This document shows, piece after piece, positions 25,301-38,389 of a DNA stretch of 64,000 bases. The notes below the pieces were generated by a model. That model saw only the letters and a program-made list of their open reading frames with translations. It did not search any database and was not told the origin of the DNA. The position numbers and the translations under genes were made by a program. Source of the DNA: Squalus acanthias (Eukaryota); contig CM059426.1 of the NCBI GenBank assembly GCA_030390025.1, positions 173,910,001-173,974,000 of the forward strand, read 5' to 3'. Positions within the stretch are counted from its first letter, which is position 1. Each line of letters opens with the position of its first letter.

Positions 25301-27160
25301 CAGATGCAAAGCACTCATTTAATATTTCAGCCGTGTCCTCTGCCTCTGCATGAAGATTTCCCTTTGGGTCCTTAATAGGCCCAACTTTTTTTCTAGCTAC
25401 CATACTTTATATGTGTATAAAATGTTTTAGATTTCAATTTAATAGTGCCTGCTAATCTTTTCTCGTAACCTCTCTTTGCCTTCTGTATTAACTTTTTCAA
25501 TTCCCTCATGTACTTTCCATAATCTTCCTGGTTATTAATTGAATCTTGCTCCTGACATTTGTCATAAGTTTCCTTTTTCTGTTTTAATTTAACTTTTATT
25601 TCCTTTTTTTTTCCAGGGCACATTAGCTTTGGAAGCTCTACCTTTTCCCTTCAAAGGAATATGCCTAGTTTGTACCTGAACTATTTCGTCGCTGAATGCC
25701 TTCCATTGTTTCCTTACTGCTTTACCCTGCAATCACCTTTTCCTGTGCTCCATCCCTTCTTAAATCACTGAACTTAGCCCTTCCCCAGTTGAGCATTTTT
25801 ACCTTTGATATTTTCTGGTCTCTTCCATAATTACTTTAAACAGAATTATGTTGTGGTCTCTGTTAGTTAGATAATCTTTTACTGTAACACACTCCACTTG
25901 CCCTACTTCATTTCCCAGAACCAGATCCAACACTGCTTCCTTCCTTGTTGGACTGGAGACATATTGGCCCAGAAATTGATCTCGCTCTGTTCCCGCGGGG
26001 GTAAGGAGCAGGCACGATCTCTCACTCCGCGTTGGCTTTTTCAGATCCAGCTCGCACGAACTTGATGTTCTAGACATCAGCTGGGCAGTGCTTGCGTATC
26101 CCACCGGCGTAGTGAATTCGTGCGAGCTGTGGGATCACGTGACTCAGTTAGAGCCAATGGCAGCACACCATCTTCCATTCATAAGTTTCACATACGTGCT
26201 GTGAAAGCTATGAATCTTACACACCCTCAAAATAACAGCTAAACCTCAATTAATTTTTTTTTTAATCATCACATTAATAAAATAAGTATAGTTAAATAAA
26301 TTAACCATTTTAAATAAAAAATTAAATTTTTGAAAAAATTTAAAATCTTTTAAAAAGTTATAAAAATAAACTTACCTGTCTTTAAAGTCTCTAAAAAAGA
26401 TATACCTGTTAAAAAAAATTCAAAATAATACTTAATTTACTACTTACCTTGTTAAAAGTGGGTCTTACTCCTCCTTTTTTCATTTCTAAAATCTTCCGTC
26501 CTTACCTGCGCGTCCAAAGCACTAAGTGCACAGCGTGCGCGCAGCCTGTAGCGCGCACGCGGTGCACCGAGGAACCGCCCCCTTTTCCAAAAACCAAGTG
26601 CCGGTTTTCAGCGCATGCGCAGTGCATGCAGAAAACCGGCAATTGGTGACAGAATATGCGAGAGTACACAGTGCGTACTCTCGCGTCGCGGGACTAATTT
26701 TTGGGCCATTGATTGAGAAAGCCCCTACCCTTAGCACTATGTCTATATTAGGGTAATTAAAGTCTCCGAATATTACTACTCTATTTTTATTACACGCCTT
26801 TGAAATTTGCTGACAAATTTGCTCATCTATCTGCTTCTCACTGTTTGGAACTCTATAAAAAAACTCCCAACAATGTAACAGCTCCCCCTCTGTTCCTCAA
26901 CTCAAGACAAATAGATTCAGTCCTGAACCATCTCGTATATCCTTTCTATTTAGAACTGTAAAGCCATCCTTCATCAATACTACCATGCCCACTCCCCTTT
27001 TCCTTCTCTATCATACCGTAATATTTGGTAACCAGGAATATTAAGAACCCATTCCTGGCCTTGTTTGAGCCATGTCTCTGTTAATGCAACTGCGTCATAA
27101 TCCCATGTGGCAATTTGTCCCTGCAGCTCACCAAGCTTATTAGTTACACTAAAGACATTG
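22375..27160 (-). mobile_element. Nested CR1 cluster: older host CR1 with younger CR1 insertions (about 22994-24238 and 24518-25090) and a MITE
   Basis: Minus-strand EN/RT ORF pieces; internal CR1 tails (atagagtcatagagtt at about 22996, cataagagcataagaatt at about 24519); the host reading resumes across each insert. Confidence 0.88.
25966..26707. mobile_element. 742-bp Harbinger/Tourist-like MITE
   Basis: 12-bp TIR GGCCCA(G/A)AAATT; 3-bp TSD ATT; it splits the CR1 endonuclease sequence FLNQ|YVSSPTR. Confidence 0.85.
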
Positions 27161-27352
27161 ATGTCTGACATACATGTCTGGAAATAGCTTCAGACTGCCT
27201 GCTTCCTCCAGATAATTATCTGTTCCAACTGGTATGTGTCCCACAAGTGTTTTATCCATATATGCTATGGGGAGAGTTGCACTTGCCACATCTTGTGGCT
27301 GTCAATGATAGCTCCATTAGCTTAAGTGCTGCCAGGGGACTCTTCCACAAGT

Positions 27353-29183
27353 GGGAAGAGAATAAGATTGGTGAAGTTAAGCGCAGGTCCCTTGCAGTCA
27401 GAATCAGGGGAATTTATAATGGGGAACAAAGAAATGGCTGACCAATTAAATACATACTTTGGTTCTGCCTTCACAAAGGAGGACACAAATAACCTCCCAG
27501 AGATGTCGGGGAACATAGGGTCTAATGAGAGGGAGGAACTGAATGAAATCAGTATTTGTAGGGAAATGGTGTTAGGGAAATTGATGGGATTGAAGGCCGA
27601 TAAATCCCCAGGGCCTGATAATCTACATCCTAGGGTACTTAAGGAAGCTGCCCTAGAAATAGTAGATGCATTGCTGGTCATCTTCCAAAATTCTATAGAC
27701 TCTGGAACAGTTCCCATGGATTGGAGGGTAGCTAATGTAACCCCACTATTTAAAAAAGGTGGTAGAGGGAAAACAGGGAATTATAGACCGGTAAGCCTGA
27801 CATCGGTAGTGGGGAAAATGCTAGAGTCCATTATAAAAGATGTAATAGCAGAGCACTTGGAAAACTGTGACAGGATCGGACAAAGTCAACATGGATTTAC
27901 AAAAGGTAAATCATGCTTGACTAATCTACTGGAATTTTTTGAGGATGTAACTGGTAGAATAAATAAGGGAGAACCAGTGGATGTGGTATATTTGGACTTT
28001 CAGAAGGTTTTCGATAAGGTCCCGCATAAGAGATTAGCGTGCAAAGTTAAAGCACATGGGATTGGGGGTAAGGTATTGATTTGGATAGAGAACTGGTTGG
28101 CAGACAGGAAGCAAAGAATTGGAATAAACGGGTCTTTTTCCGAGTGGCAGGCAGTGACTAGTGGGGTACCGCAGGGATCGGTGCTAGGACCCCAGCTATT
28201 CACAATATATATTAATGATCTAGACGAGGGAACTAGATGTAATATCTCCAAGTTTGCAGACGACACAAAGCTGGGTGGGTGTGTGTGCTGTGAGGAGGAT
28301 GCAGAGAAACTCCAGTATGATTTGGACAGGTTGGGTGATTGGGCAGATGCATGGCAGATGCAGTATAATGTGGATAAATGCGAGGTTATCCACTTTGGTG
28401 GCAAAAACAGGAAGACAGATTATTATCTGAATGGCAATAGATTGGGAAAAGGGGAAGTGCAACGAGATCTGGAAGTTCTTGTGCACCAATCGCTGAAGGT
28501 AATCATGCAGGTGCAGCAAGCAGTTAAGAAGGCAAATGGTATGTTGGCCTTCATAGCGAGAGGATTCGTGTACAGGAGCAAGGATGTCTTGCTGTAGTTG
28601 TACAAAGCCTTGGTGAGACCACACCTTGAGTATTGTGTGCAGTTTTGGTCGCCTTATCTGAGGAAGAATGTTCTTGCCATGGAGGGAGTGCAGCGAAGAT
28701 TTACCAGACTGATACCTGGGATGGCAGGAATGACGTATGAAGAGAGATTGGGTCGATTAGGCTTATATTAGCAAAAGTTTAGAAGGATGAGAGGGGATCT
28801 CATTGAAACTTATAAAATTCTAACAGGACTAGACAGACTAGATACAGGAAGGATGTTCCCGATGGCGGGGGAGTCCAGAACCAGAGGTCACAGTCTAAGG
28901 ATAAGGGGTAAGCCATTTAGGACTGAGATGAGGAGGAATTTCTTCACCCAGAGAGTGGTGAACCTGTGGAATTCTCTACCACAGAAGACAGTTGAGGCCA
29001 ATTCATTAAATATATTCAAGAAGGAGATAGATATATTTCTTAAGGCTAAAGGGATCAAGGGATATGGGGAGAAAGCAGGGACAGGGTACTGAATTTGGAT
29101 GATCAGCCATGATCTCATTAAATGGCGGAGCAGGCTCGAGGGGCCGAATGGCCTACTCCTGCTCCTATCTTCTATGCTTCTAT
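27353..29183 (+). mobile_element. 5'-truncated young CR1 LINE (same subfamily as 2935-6055)
   Basis: 423-aa RT ORF, a few stop codons, intact 3' tail; sequence nearly identical to about 4235-6055. Confidence 0.95.
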
Positions 29184-29589
29184 GGTAGGCTGAATAGGCA
29201 TAGGCCTGGGTGCAGGAATTGTGAGCCCTGTCATATTTTCGTTGATCCCTTGTCCAAGTTTACTGAATGTCCGGACACAATCGGAATATGTGTATCAGTG
29301 TGCCTTTTTGACCACACCCACTTTACAGTCATCACTCGGGGAGGAGTGGAATTTGTAAGGCATCTGTGGAGTTCAGAGTATTTGATGTATTTGCAAAATG
29401 TCGGGTCCCTGTGGGTTTGTCAATGCTCTTCATTTGGAACAGAAAATGAAATTTGTCAGTAGATTAGTCTTCGTTATTTACAGCAAAACTTTGCAAAAGG
29501 CTCCTATTGAAGAAATATTTAACCCTATGTTTTTACTGTATGTTTGTAGGCTATGCATTCTGAAATCTGTCTTCAGACTTACAAACAGA

Positions 29590-29900
29590 GACTTGAGCAT
29601 ATAATGTAGGCACTACTGAGGGAGTGCTACGTTGTCTGTGGTGCCATCTCTCACATAGGGTGTTAAACTGAGGCCCTCTCAGGTGGCACTTTTCGAAGCG
29701 TTCTCCTGCTGTCCTGGCTAACATTTATCCCTCAACCAACATCACCAAAAACAGATTATCAGGTCATTATCTCATTGCTGTTTGTGGGATTTTGCTGTCC
29801 CCATTTGCCTACAGCAGAAACTACACCTTTGGCTGTGAAGCGCTTTGGGGCATCCTGAGGTCATGAGAGGTGCTATATAAATGCAAGTTTTTTCTTTCTT
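29590..29900 (+). mobile_element. Truncated, deleted Deu-domain SINE copy
   Basis: Shares blocks with 58205-58676 (tttatccctcaaccaacat...cagattatc, tail tatataaatgcaagt). Confidence 0.75.
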
Positions 29901-30341
29901 CCGTCTTAAAAGTGCTGTGGCTAATGTAATCCACAGAAGCTAGATGACAGAATGAAGGAGAAAATCTGGTTCTCGTGCAGTAATGGATCGATATTTTGAA
30001 ATGTTTCACAGTTACAAAAGAGGAACTTTGGAACTACATGAGTTTCAGTGAAGAGCTGAGAAGTCAAACTCAGGTGCACCCGACAGAATATTCAGCCACC
30101 ACTGCATGCAGAAATGGACCCTCCCTCCCCACGCTGACTGGAAGGGGACTTTCCCCCTTACCATTGAGGCTCATTCTTTTTTCCCACATTTCCCGCCATC
30201 TCTTGCAGCTGAAAAACTGCAATTTGTGAAATACTGACTAGATATAACTCAAAAGCAGAATTTATTTTCAACAGCTATATCCCTTGAGATAGTGAAAAAA
30301 ACTAGCAGGAAAGTGTAAGATTTCACCCCAAATAAAACAGC

Positions 30342-30405
30342 CCACTTCATCACCACAGTAAACTTCATCACCACAGCCTACTTCATCACCACAGTAAACT
30401 TCACT
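30342..30405. repeat. 18-bp tandem repeat, about 3.5 copies
   Basis: acttcatcaccacag(taa/cct) repeated. Confidence 0.8.
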
Positions 30406-30519
30406 GCTTTGCAGAGCAGTATAACTCGAGCAGTAAATTTTCAGAACGCAAGCCTGAGAATAATTTTCCAACAATAGCTCCATCTAGTGCTATGTTTTCA
30501 GATAAACTCCTTCATTTAA

Positions 30520-31152
30520 TACCCATGATGCGGAGATGTCGGTGTTGGACTGGGGTGGACAAAAGTGAGAAGTCGCACAACACCAGGTTATAGTCCAACA
30601 GGTTTATTTGAAATCACAAGCTTTCGGAGCTGCTGCCCCTTCGTCAGGTGAAGTGAAGGAATACGAATCGGCAAAGCATAAATAGACAGAGAACAATGCC
30701 TGTGTAGCGTACAATCTCAGACGACTACAGTTAATCTATCTGATTGCCTTTCATCACACCTCGGCAGAGAAACAATCAGGTCAGCCAGGAAGGCACCACA
30801 TCAAAGACATAGCAAGATACAACTGAGACAATGAGGTGGGGTCACAGGGGGTCTAATGTGTCAAATGCAGTCTGTATGGAAAACCATAAACTTTAACATT
30901 TTTACTTTTTTTTTACTGGAAATCACATCTGTGAACAAGCCAACGACGACTCGAGTCTGGATGACTCTACGTCCTGTAGCGTGACATGAACCCAAGATCT
31001 CGGTTGAGGCCGTCCTCATGGGTGCGGAACTTGGCTATCAGTTTCTGCTCGATGATTTTGCGTTGTCGTGTGTCTCGAAGGCCGCCTTGGAGAACGCTTA
31101 CCCGCAGATCCGAGGCTGAATGTCCTTGACTGCTGAAGTGTTCCCCGATTGG
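30520..31152 (-). mobile_element. Penelope-like element 3' fragment
   Basis: GIY-YIG C-terminal-like peptide PIGEHFSSQGHSASDLRVSVL...EQKLIAKFRTHEDGLNRD, followed by a pLTR with a hammerhead core. Confidence 0.8.
30614..30651 (-). ncRNA. Minimal type I hammerhead ribozyme motif (Penelope pLTR)
   Basis: tcac-CTGACGA-a-GGGGC-agca-GCTCC-GAAA-GC-TT-gtga: stem I, both core boxes, stem II and a palindromic stem III. Confidence 0.7.
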
Positions 31153-31315
31153 GAGGTAAGCATGCAGGTGCAGCAGGCGGTTAAGAAGGCAAATGGTATG
31201 TTGGCCTTCATAGCGAGAGGATTCGAGTACAGGAGCAAGGATGTCTTGCTGCAGTTGTACAGGGCCTTGGTGAAACCACACCTTGAGTATTGTGTGCAGT
31301 TTTGGTCGCCTTATC
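31153..31315 (+). mobile_element. Short internal CR1 fragment
   Basis: VSMQVQQAVKKANGMLAFIARG...PHLEYCVQFWSPY, matching about 5370-5530. Confidence 0.85.
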
Positions 31316-32264
31316 ACTTTGAAGACAGGCCCACTGATTTCAATATGTCATTCCCACTGCTTGGCCTTTGAGCCAAGGATATTTGTGATCTCTTCATGAC
31401 CTCCCCAGCACATCCTGAGCCAGTGAAGGTGTCACATTCTTCCTACTTGGTGAGTGCTCCTGTGTTGGTGATTCACTAAGTTGCGGAAGTGCAGATGTCT
31501 CTGTATCTGGCCTGGTGTTTGGAAGGGGCAATTGGGACTATGGTGCAGCAGGGGTCCTGAGCTGTCTCAGTTCAAATTTTGCCTCAGCAAGACGGTTTCC
31601 AGACTCTGAATTGTGTCCCAGTTGAGGGGAGGTGTCTTCGGTCACCCGATTCTGGGTCAGTGGGAGTGGCCATCATTTTGTGCGTCAGCAGGGGTGGGGG
31701 TTTAGCCTGCCATTTGAACTTAGCAGGCCCCTAATTTGTGTCTCAGTAGGGAAGTGGAATGCAGTCAGACTCCTGTCAGGGTGAGTATTATTGTTCGATA
31801 TCTGTTAGCCTGGGTTTCTTCAGCAAGATTCCAGACTTTGGCCCATTTCCAGCATTTGAAAATCAGAGGTAAGTGAGCTTCACTGGCACATCATTTTGGT
31901 TCCTTTGCACTCTTTATTATTACCTGAATTTTGCTTAATAACAGTAAAGTAGAATTACATTCAAGGTCCAAGATTACAGTATGGTTTTAATGGGATAAAA
32001 TTCAAAGTCTACATTTAGTGTATCACCGGTAGGTCTCCAGTATTAAGGTAGTTTGAACTTAAAAAAATCATACAACCTCTTCTCGAGTAGCAGCAGAAAG
32101 TGTTGCTCTCTCATTGCTCTGGGGACACATCTGCAATAAGTAGTCATCGTCTTCTTATCTGAGCTAAGCTGCCACATACTGCAAATTTTCTCTTGGCTGT
32201 TGTATGGAGCTTTTCTTAGTGCTTTAAAGTTGGGCCATTAAGACTTTGTACTCTTAACCTTCTG

Positions 32265-33715
32265 CATATAACTAAGGAAAGGAGGATATCTAAGGAAAGA
32301 GTAGGGCCTATTAGAGACCAAAAGGGTAACCTGTGTGTGGAGGTAGAAGACGTAGGTATGATTCTTAATGAATACTTTGCGTCTGTCTTCACAAAAGAGA
32401 GGGACGATGCAGACATTGTAGTTAAGGATGAGGAGTGTGAAATATTAGATGAGATAAACATAGTGAGTGAGGAAATATTAAGGGGTTTAGCATCTTTGAA
32501 AGTGGATAAATCACCAGGCCCGGATGAAACTTATCCCAGGATGTTAAGAGAAGCAAGAGATTAAATAGCGGAAGCTCTGACCATCATTTTCCAATCCTCT
32601 CTGGCTACAGGTATGGTGCCGGAGGACTGCTAACCATTGTTTAAAAAGGGAGAAAGCGATAGACCGAGTAATTACAGGCCAGTCAGCCTAACATCGATGG
32701 TGGGCAAATTATTGGAAAAAATTCTGAGGGACAGTATTAATCGTCATCTAGAATGGCACGGATTAATCAAGGACAATCAGCATGGATTTGTTAAGGGAAG
32801 GTTGTGTCTGACTAATTTGATTAAAAAAATTTGAGGTGGTAACAAGGAGGGTCAATGAGGGTAGCGTATTTGATGTCATCTACATGCAAAGCTTTTGACA
32901 AGGTCCCACATGGCAGACTGGTTAGAAAAGTAAAAGCCCATGACATCCAAGGGAAAGTGGCAAGTTGGATCCAAAATTGGCTCAGTGGCAGGAAGCAAAG
33001 GGAAATGGTCAATGGGTGTTTTTGTGACTAAGGCTTTTTCCAGTGGGGTTCCACAGGGCTCAGTACTAGGCCCTTGTTTTTATTGGTATATATCAATGAT
33101 TAAGATTTCAATGTAAAGGGCATGATTAAGAAGTTTGCAGATGATACAAAAATTGGCCGTGTGGTTGATAGTGAGGAAGATAACTGTAGACTGCAGGAAG
33201 GTATCCAATGGACTGGTCAGGTGGGCAGAAAAGTGGCAAATGGAATTCAATCCGGAGAAGTGTGAGGTAATGCATTTGGGGAGGGCTAACAAGGCAAGGG
33301 ACTACACAATAAATGGTAGGATACTGAGAAGTGTAGAGGAACAGAGGGACCTTGGAATACATGTCCACAGATCCCTGAAGATAGCAGGACAGGTAGATAA
33401 GGTGGTTAAGAAGGCATACGGGATATTTTCCTTTATTAGCCAAGGCACAGAATATAAGAGGGAAGTTGAGGAGAAATGTTTTCACCCAGATGGTGGTGGG
33501 GTTCTGGAACTCACTGCCTGAAAGGGTGGTAGAGGCAGAAACCCTCATCACATTTAAAAAATGCTTGGATGTGCACTTGAGGTGCCGTAACCTACAGGGC
33601 TATGGACAAGGAGCTGGAAAGTGGGATTAGGCTTGATAGCTCTTTTTTGGCCGGCACAGACACGATGGGCCGAATGGCCTCTTTCTGTGCTGTAAATGTC
33701 TAGGATCCTATGATA
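32265..33715 (+). mobile_element. Decayed CR1 LINE
   Basis: RT fragments (LNEYFASVFT, NYRPVSLTS, WQMEFNPEKC) and a 3' tail. Confidence 0.88.
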
Positions 33716-33789
33716 TAGGTAGACCCTTTGCAACCTTGGTTCTCCAGAATCACTTTAGGTGAATACAATCTCCTTAAATATCTTAAGCT

Positions 33790-34830
33790 ACCATAAAGAA
33801 AATCACATCTGAGGTGACAACCCATCAAAGGCCACTTTGATTACATAGATCACTTTATACTGTGACTCAGGCTGTCATTGGTGACTTTGATCAGCAAGGT
33901 CTTCATGCTGAAGGGAAGATCGAAACTGGATTGAATGGATTTAAACATGGAGTTAGCGGAGAGGTGAGCACAGATTTGGCAGATAATAGGGAGTGGGACA
34001 GTTACGGATGATTCCATAATGTTCAGCTTCATTCACAACTGCTCTGATAATGAAGCAGCCCATGCTGGCATACAGCAGGAGTTCGACGATATCCAGGCTT
34101 GGCAAGTGACAGTAATATTCATATGATACAAGAGCCAGGTAATGACCATCTCTAACAAGAAATATCTGAACCACCTCTTCCGATGTTTAACAATACCACA
34201 ATTACTGAGTACCCCACCATCAACATCCTGGGAGTCACCATTGACCAGAAGCTTAAATGGACCAGCCACATCAACAGCATGACTACAAGAGCAGAGCAGC
34301 GCAGCGCCCTTGGTATTCTGCAATGAGTGGCTCACCACCTGACTCCTTAAAAGCCTCTACACCATCTGCAAGGCTCCAATCAAGTGTGTGATGGAATACT
34401 TACCACTCACCTGGATGGTGCAGCTGCAGCAACACTCAAGAAATTCGACACCATCCAGGGCAGAGCAGTCTACTTGATTGGCACTCCTGCCACTGAACTC
34501 AATATTCAACCTTTCCACCAGTCGCAAACTGCGGTTGCAGTAGGTACTATCTACAGGATGCACTGAACAACTTGCCAAGGATACTTTGACAGCAGCTCCC
34601 TCCCCTGCGACCTCCACCACCAAGAAGGGCACGAGCAGCAATATCATTGGAACACCACTGACTCCAATTTTCCCTCCGAGTGGCACATCATCCTGACTCG
34701 AATATATGTCACCATTCCTTCAGCGTCAGAATCCTAGAATTCCCTACCGAACACCAATGTGAGAAGGCCCACCATCACCTTCTCAGGGCAACTAGGGATG
34801 GGCAATAAATACAGCCTTGCCAGTGTCGCC
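33790..34830 (+). mobile_element. Decayed copy of the second LINE family (RT end + 3' UTR)
   Basis: Matches 63780-64000 and the 8005-type 3' UTR. Confidence 0.75.
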
Positions 34831-35299
34831 TTACAGAGCAAATAAGGGTTAGAAATGAGACAGTATTTGAAGAATACAGTGGTCGAAGGCAGGCATTTTA
34901 ATGATGGGGTAACAATGATAGCTTTGAAGAAGTGGGGAATGTCCCAGAGCAAAGGGAGCTATTTAAAACATTAGCAAGCATTAAGGTAAGAAAATTGGGG
35001 CGGGGGTCAAGGAAGCAGACAATGGGTCTTATGGAAGAGATGAACTTGGAGAGGGCATGGGAAAATGGGGAGAAGCTATAGAGTGATAGGTGGTTCGGGC
35101 CAGGATGATGGCGGGGCTGGGAATTGGTCTGAGATGCGGGGGGGGGGGGGGGGGGGAGGAGTAGGAAGCAGGGGCTGAGGTAGCTGTATGGATAATCACA
35201 TCATCTAAAACACAAGTAAACTCATCAAATTAAATTTATATCTCTTCCAGAGGCTGCTTCCCGTTCTGTTAAAATGTCCTTGCTGTGCAGTTTTCTTCA

Positions 35300-35952
35300 T
35301 ATGAGCATAAGAAATAGGAGCAGGAGTAGACCATTTGGCCCTTTGAGCCTGCTCCGCCATTCAATAAGATCATGGCTGATCTTCTACCTCATCTCCACTT
35401 TCCTGCACTATCCCCATATCCCTTGATTCCCTTAATATTCAAAAATCTATCGATCTCTGTCTTGAATATACTCAACGACTGAGCCTCCACAGCCCTCTGG
35501 GGTAGAGAATTCCAATGATTCACCTCCCTCAGTGAAGAAATTTCTCCTCATCTCAGTCCTAAATGGCCGACCCCTTATTCTGAGACTGTGACCCCTGGTT
35601 CTATACACCCCAGCCAGGAGAAACATCCTCCCTGCATCTACCCTGTCAAGCCCTGTAAGAATTTTGTATGTTTCACCCCTCATTCTTCTAAACTCTAGAG
35701 AATATAGGCCTAGTCTACTCAATCTCTCCTCATAGGACAATCCCCCCATCCCAGGAACCAGTCTGGTGAACCTTAGTTGCACTCCCTCTATGGCAAGTAT
35801 ATCCTTCCTTAGGTAAGGGGACCAAAACTATACACAATACTCCAGGTGTGGTCTCACCAGGGCCCTATATAATTGCAGTAAGACGTCTTTACTTTTATAC
35901 TCAAATCCTCTTGTAATAAAGGCCAACAAACCATTTGCTTTCCTAATTGCTA
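35300..35952 (-). mobile_element. CR1 3' fragment
   Basis: RFTRLVPGMGGLSYEERL ORF; tail cataagaaataggagcagg. Confidence 0.9.
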
Positions 35953-36619
35953 ATGGCAAGTACCAAAAACGTGTGATTTGCTTTGCGATGGACATGTGCT
36001 TCAATAGCGTATCACAAATTGACTCATCAACAGATCTGCAAATTAATTCCAGTATGGAAACACTCCTCTCCCACTAAAAATAAACTCTCCCCTTCATCAA
36101 AAAGGTTTTTAACCCTAACCCTTATACTAACCCTAAACCTAACACAGGGAGATTATATTTTCAAATGGCTCCACATGCGTTTTTGGAACATTCACACAGG
36201 AGTATCACAATACAGTAGCACTTATGCATTTCTATGAGCTTTTTCCATGGGTTTCAGAATTGGTAATCAAGCATTACCCAATTGTGTTTATGCCCAAACT
36301 TAGAGGTAAATACTATATTTAGTAAGATAGAGAAAATGAATGCAGAAAGATACTTTCAGATAGACAAAACAACAGGGCCAAGGGCTCAGAGTTAAAGACA
36401 AGTTGAGGACAGATAACAGGATGCATTTCTTTACAGAGGGAGACCAACAATAGCATGTGCTCCCAGGAAGGGTGGATGAAGCCAGACAAGGACTTATTTA
36501 AGGTAAAACTACAATCGACCCCCATGTACAGCAACATTTTTTTAATGAAATATGTCATAGCAAAATAATTTCTATTACGAGAATTTTGTGTTTGTAGTTC
36601 CAGAATAAATCCACTTGAA

Positions 36620-38330
36620 GCAAGGTGACATATCCCTTAGTAAAGTTATACTGACATTACGGAAAGGAATTTTGATGTCTGATAAAATTAATTTTACTTC
36701 AGAGATGTTGAAAGTGGATGACCGTAACCTTAATGAGAGGTGAAAGTCACAGGACGTGGTCCGCAGAGCTTCACTAAGAAATTGGAGACTGCATGCTGTG
36801 GCAGATTAAAAGAAAAAAGCATGAGGTTGCAGAGCAACTCGGTACCACCACTCCTTTGGTCAAGAATGAAGAGCCCAGTTAGGCACTAATACAGCAGCCT
36901 GCCAATATGGACGTGAATCATGTGTGGTTGCACTAGTTTAGACAGGTACACACACAGTTAGATCAGTGCCTCAGCAGAGAAAACCGTCACCCTGTCCCAA
37001 CAACTTGCATGGAAGACGTCAAGGTCACCAACAGGTGTGAGAGCAGATGGAAGAAACCTCACTAAACCAACCTGCAAGACACCTGTAGTGAAGCAAGAGA
37101 CATAGTCCTAGGTGTTATGGATGGCTGGTGGAAGAAGATACTGGTAATTCTTTCAAAGTATGAACCATCATACGTTTTTAATGAAACGAGTCCTGTTTTG
37201 CATACACCGTCTGACAAGACCACATCTTTCTCAGAGAGATAGGCATGGGTGGTAAGAGTGTGACGAGGGTTGTCAAGCCTCCATGATTGGCTTGGAGTCT
37301 CCAGGAATTGAAGATTAATCTTCAGGATACTGCTGTGGGAAACACTGGAGAAAAATCATTGGGCATTAAAAAAAAGTTTTTTTTGTCATTTTCTTTGAAC
37401 ACTTCGGTTTATTAGCTATAAAAATATTGAAGATGGGAAAAACATCTGTTTGACCAACAGTCAAGAGTCATCCAATTGGGTAATGAGTCTGTTCGCTTTC
37501 CGATTAGCATGGGAAGGCGATGTGCCGTGAGGATGGACATGTTGGGCGATCAATGGTGGGAGTGAGGGGGCAGGGCAGGTGGAGACAGGAGGTCATGTGA
37601 TGAAACCTGCAGGAATACAATCAACCAGAGTTGCCACCCTAAGTGTGACTGTGCCACCGGATCCAACAAGATCACACCCTTTGTAGCCGGAGTCAAAGAT
37701 GTTGCAGGGTTTTTTTTTGTTACAGTAGCTTCCCGTGTGTTACAATGCAAATACAGAAACATGGATGATCTTGACCTTTTCTGAGCCCTGAATAAAATGC
37801 ATGTAGAAGGCATTTAACTTTTCCTTGATAACAGCACTGACTCCCTTTCTCTGCCACTCAACAATACCTCAAAGCTACAGCTTTGCAATATGGGAATTGT
37901 CAGATATTCTAAGGCAAAGTACAATCTCTATCTCCTCAAGCATTGTTTAGTGGCCTATGATGCCAGTCAGGGTATCCATGGATCTTCCTGTTACTTGGTC
38001 TGAGGTCACTCCACAGACCATCACCAGCCATTAACACAAAGCAAACATCACCAAAGAATGGGGATATGGAGCCAGGTCTATCATTTGGTGATGTTTCCAA
38101 CCCTGAACACTTCTTGGAATTGCGTTAAGGAGTTGCTCGATATGCCTGCTGAAATGGCAATTGAAGAATATTACCAACTGATGAACATCAAGGTGCTGTC
38201 TGACTTGGAGATCACAGAACAAATCAGGTCAATGCATAGTGATAGAAGAGGGTGATTTTAAAGATGACTAATCTGCAATACACCAACAATGTTAAACAGC
38301 TTGAAGACTCCACTTCTTTCCCCGATGCAG
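36620..38330 (+). mobile_element. Ancient pogo/Tigger-like DNA transposon fossil
   Basis: Broken peptides resemble a CENP-B-type HTH (KKHEVAEQLG) and DDE_1 motifs (FN-ETS, FLDNS, LQLCNMGIV..KAKY). Many stops; TIRs not identified. Confidence 0.5.
37265..37641. mobile_element. 377-bp hAT-like MITE, inside the Tigger-like fossil
   Basis: Imperfect TIRs (gagggttgtcaa / ttgccacccta); 8-bp TSD AGTGTGAC at 37257-37264 and 37642-37649. Confidence 0.8.
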
Positions 38331-38389
38331 TAATGATATCTTGTAGGTTAGTTATCCTTGCTAACCTAGGCGAGTATTAAGAACATAAT

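Noticed and set aside
29185-32260. Possible exons of a neighbouring gene in unique-looking stretches (also 40790-41860 and 61000-61780)
   Set aside because: No recognisable peptide with consistent splice sites by eye; small exons cannot be excluded without RNA-seq.
36620-38330. Functional TIGD/CENP-B-like gene
   Set aside because: Numerous stops and frameshifts, plus a MITE insertion.
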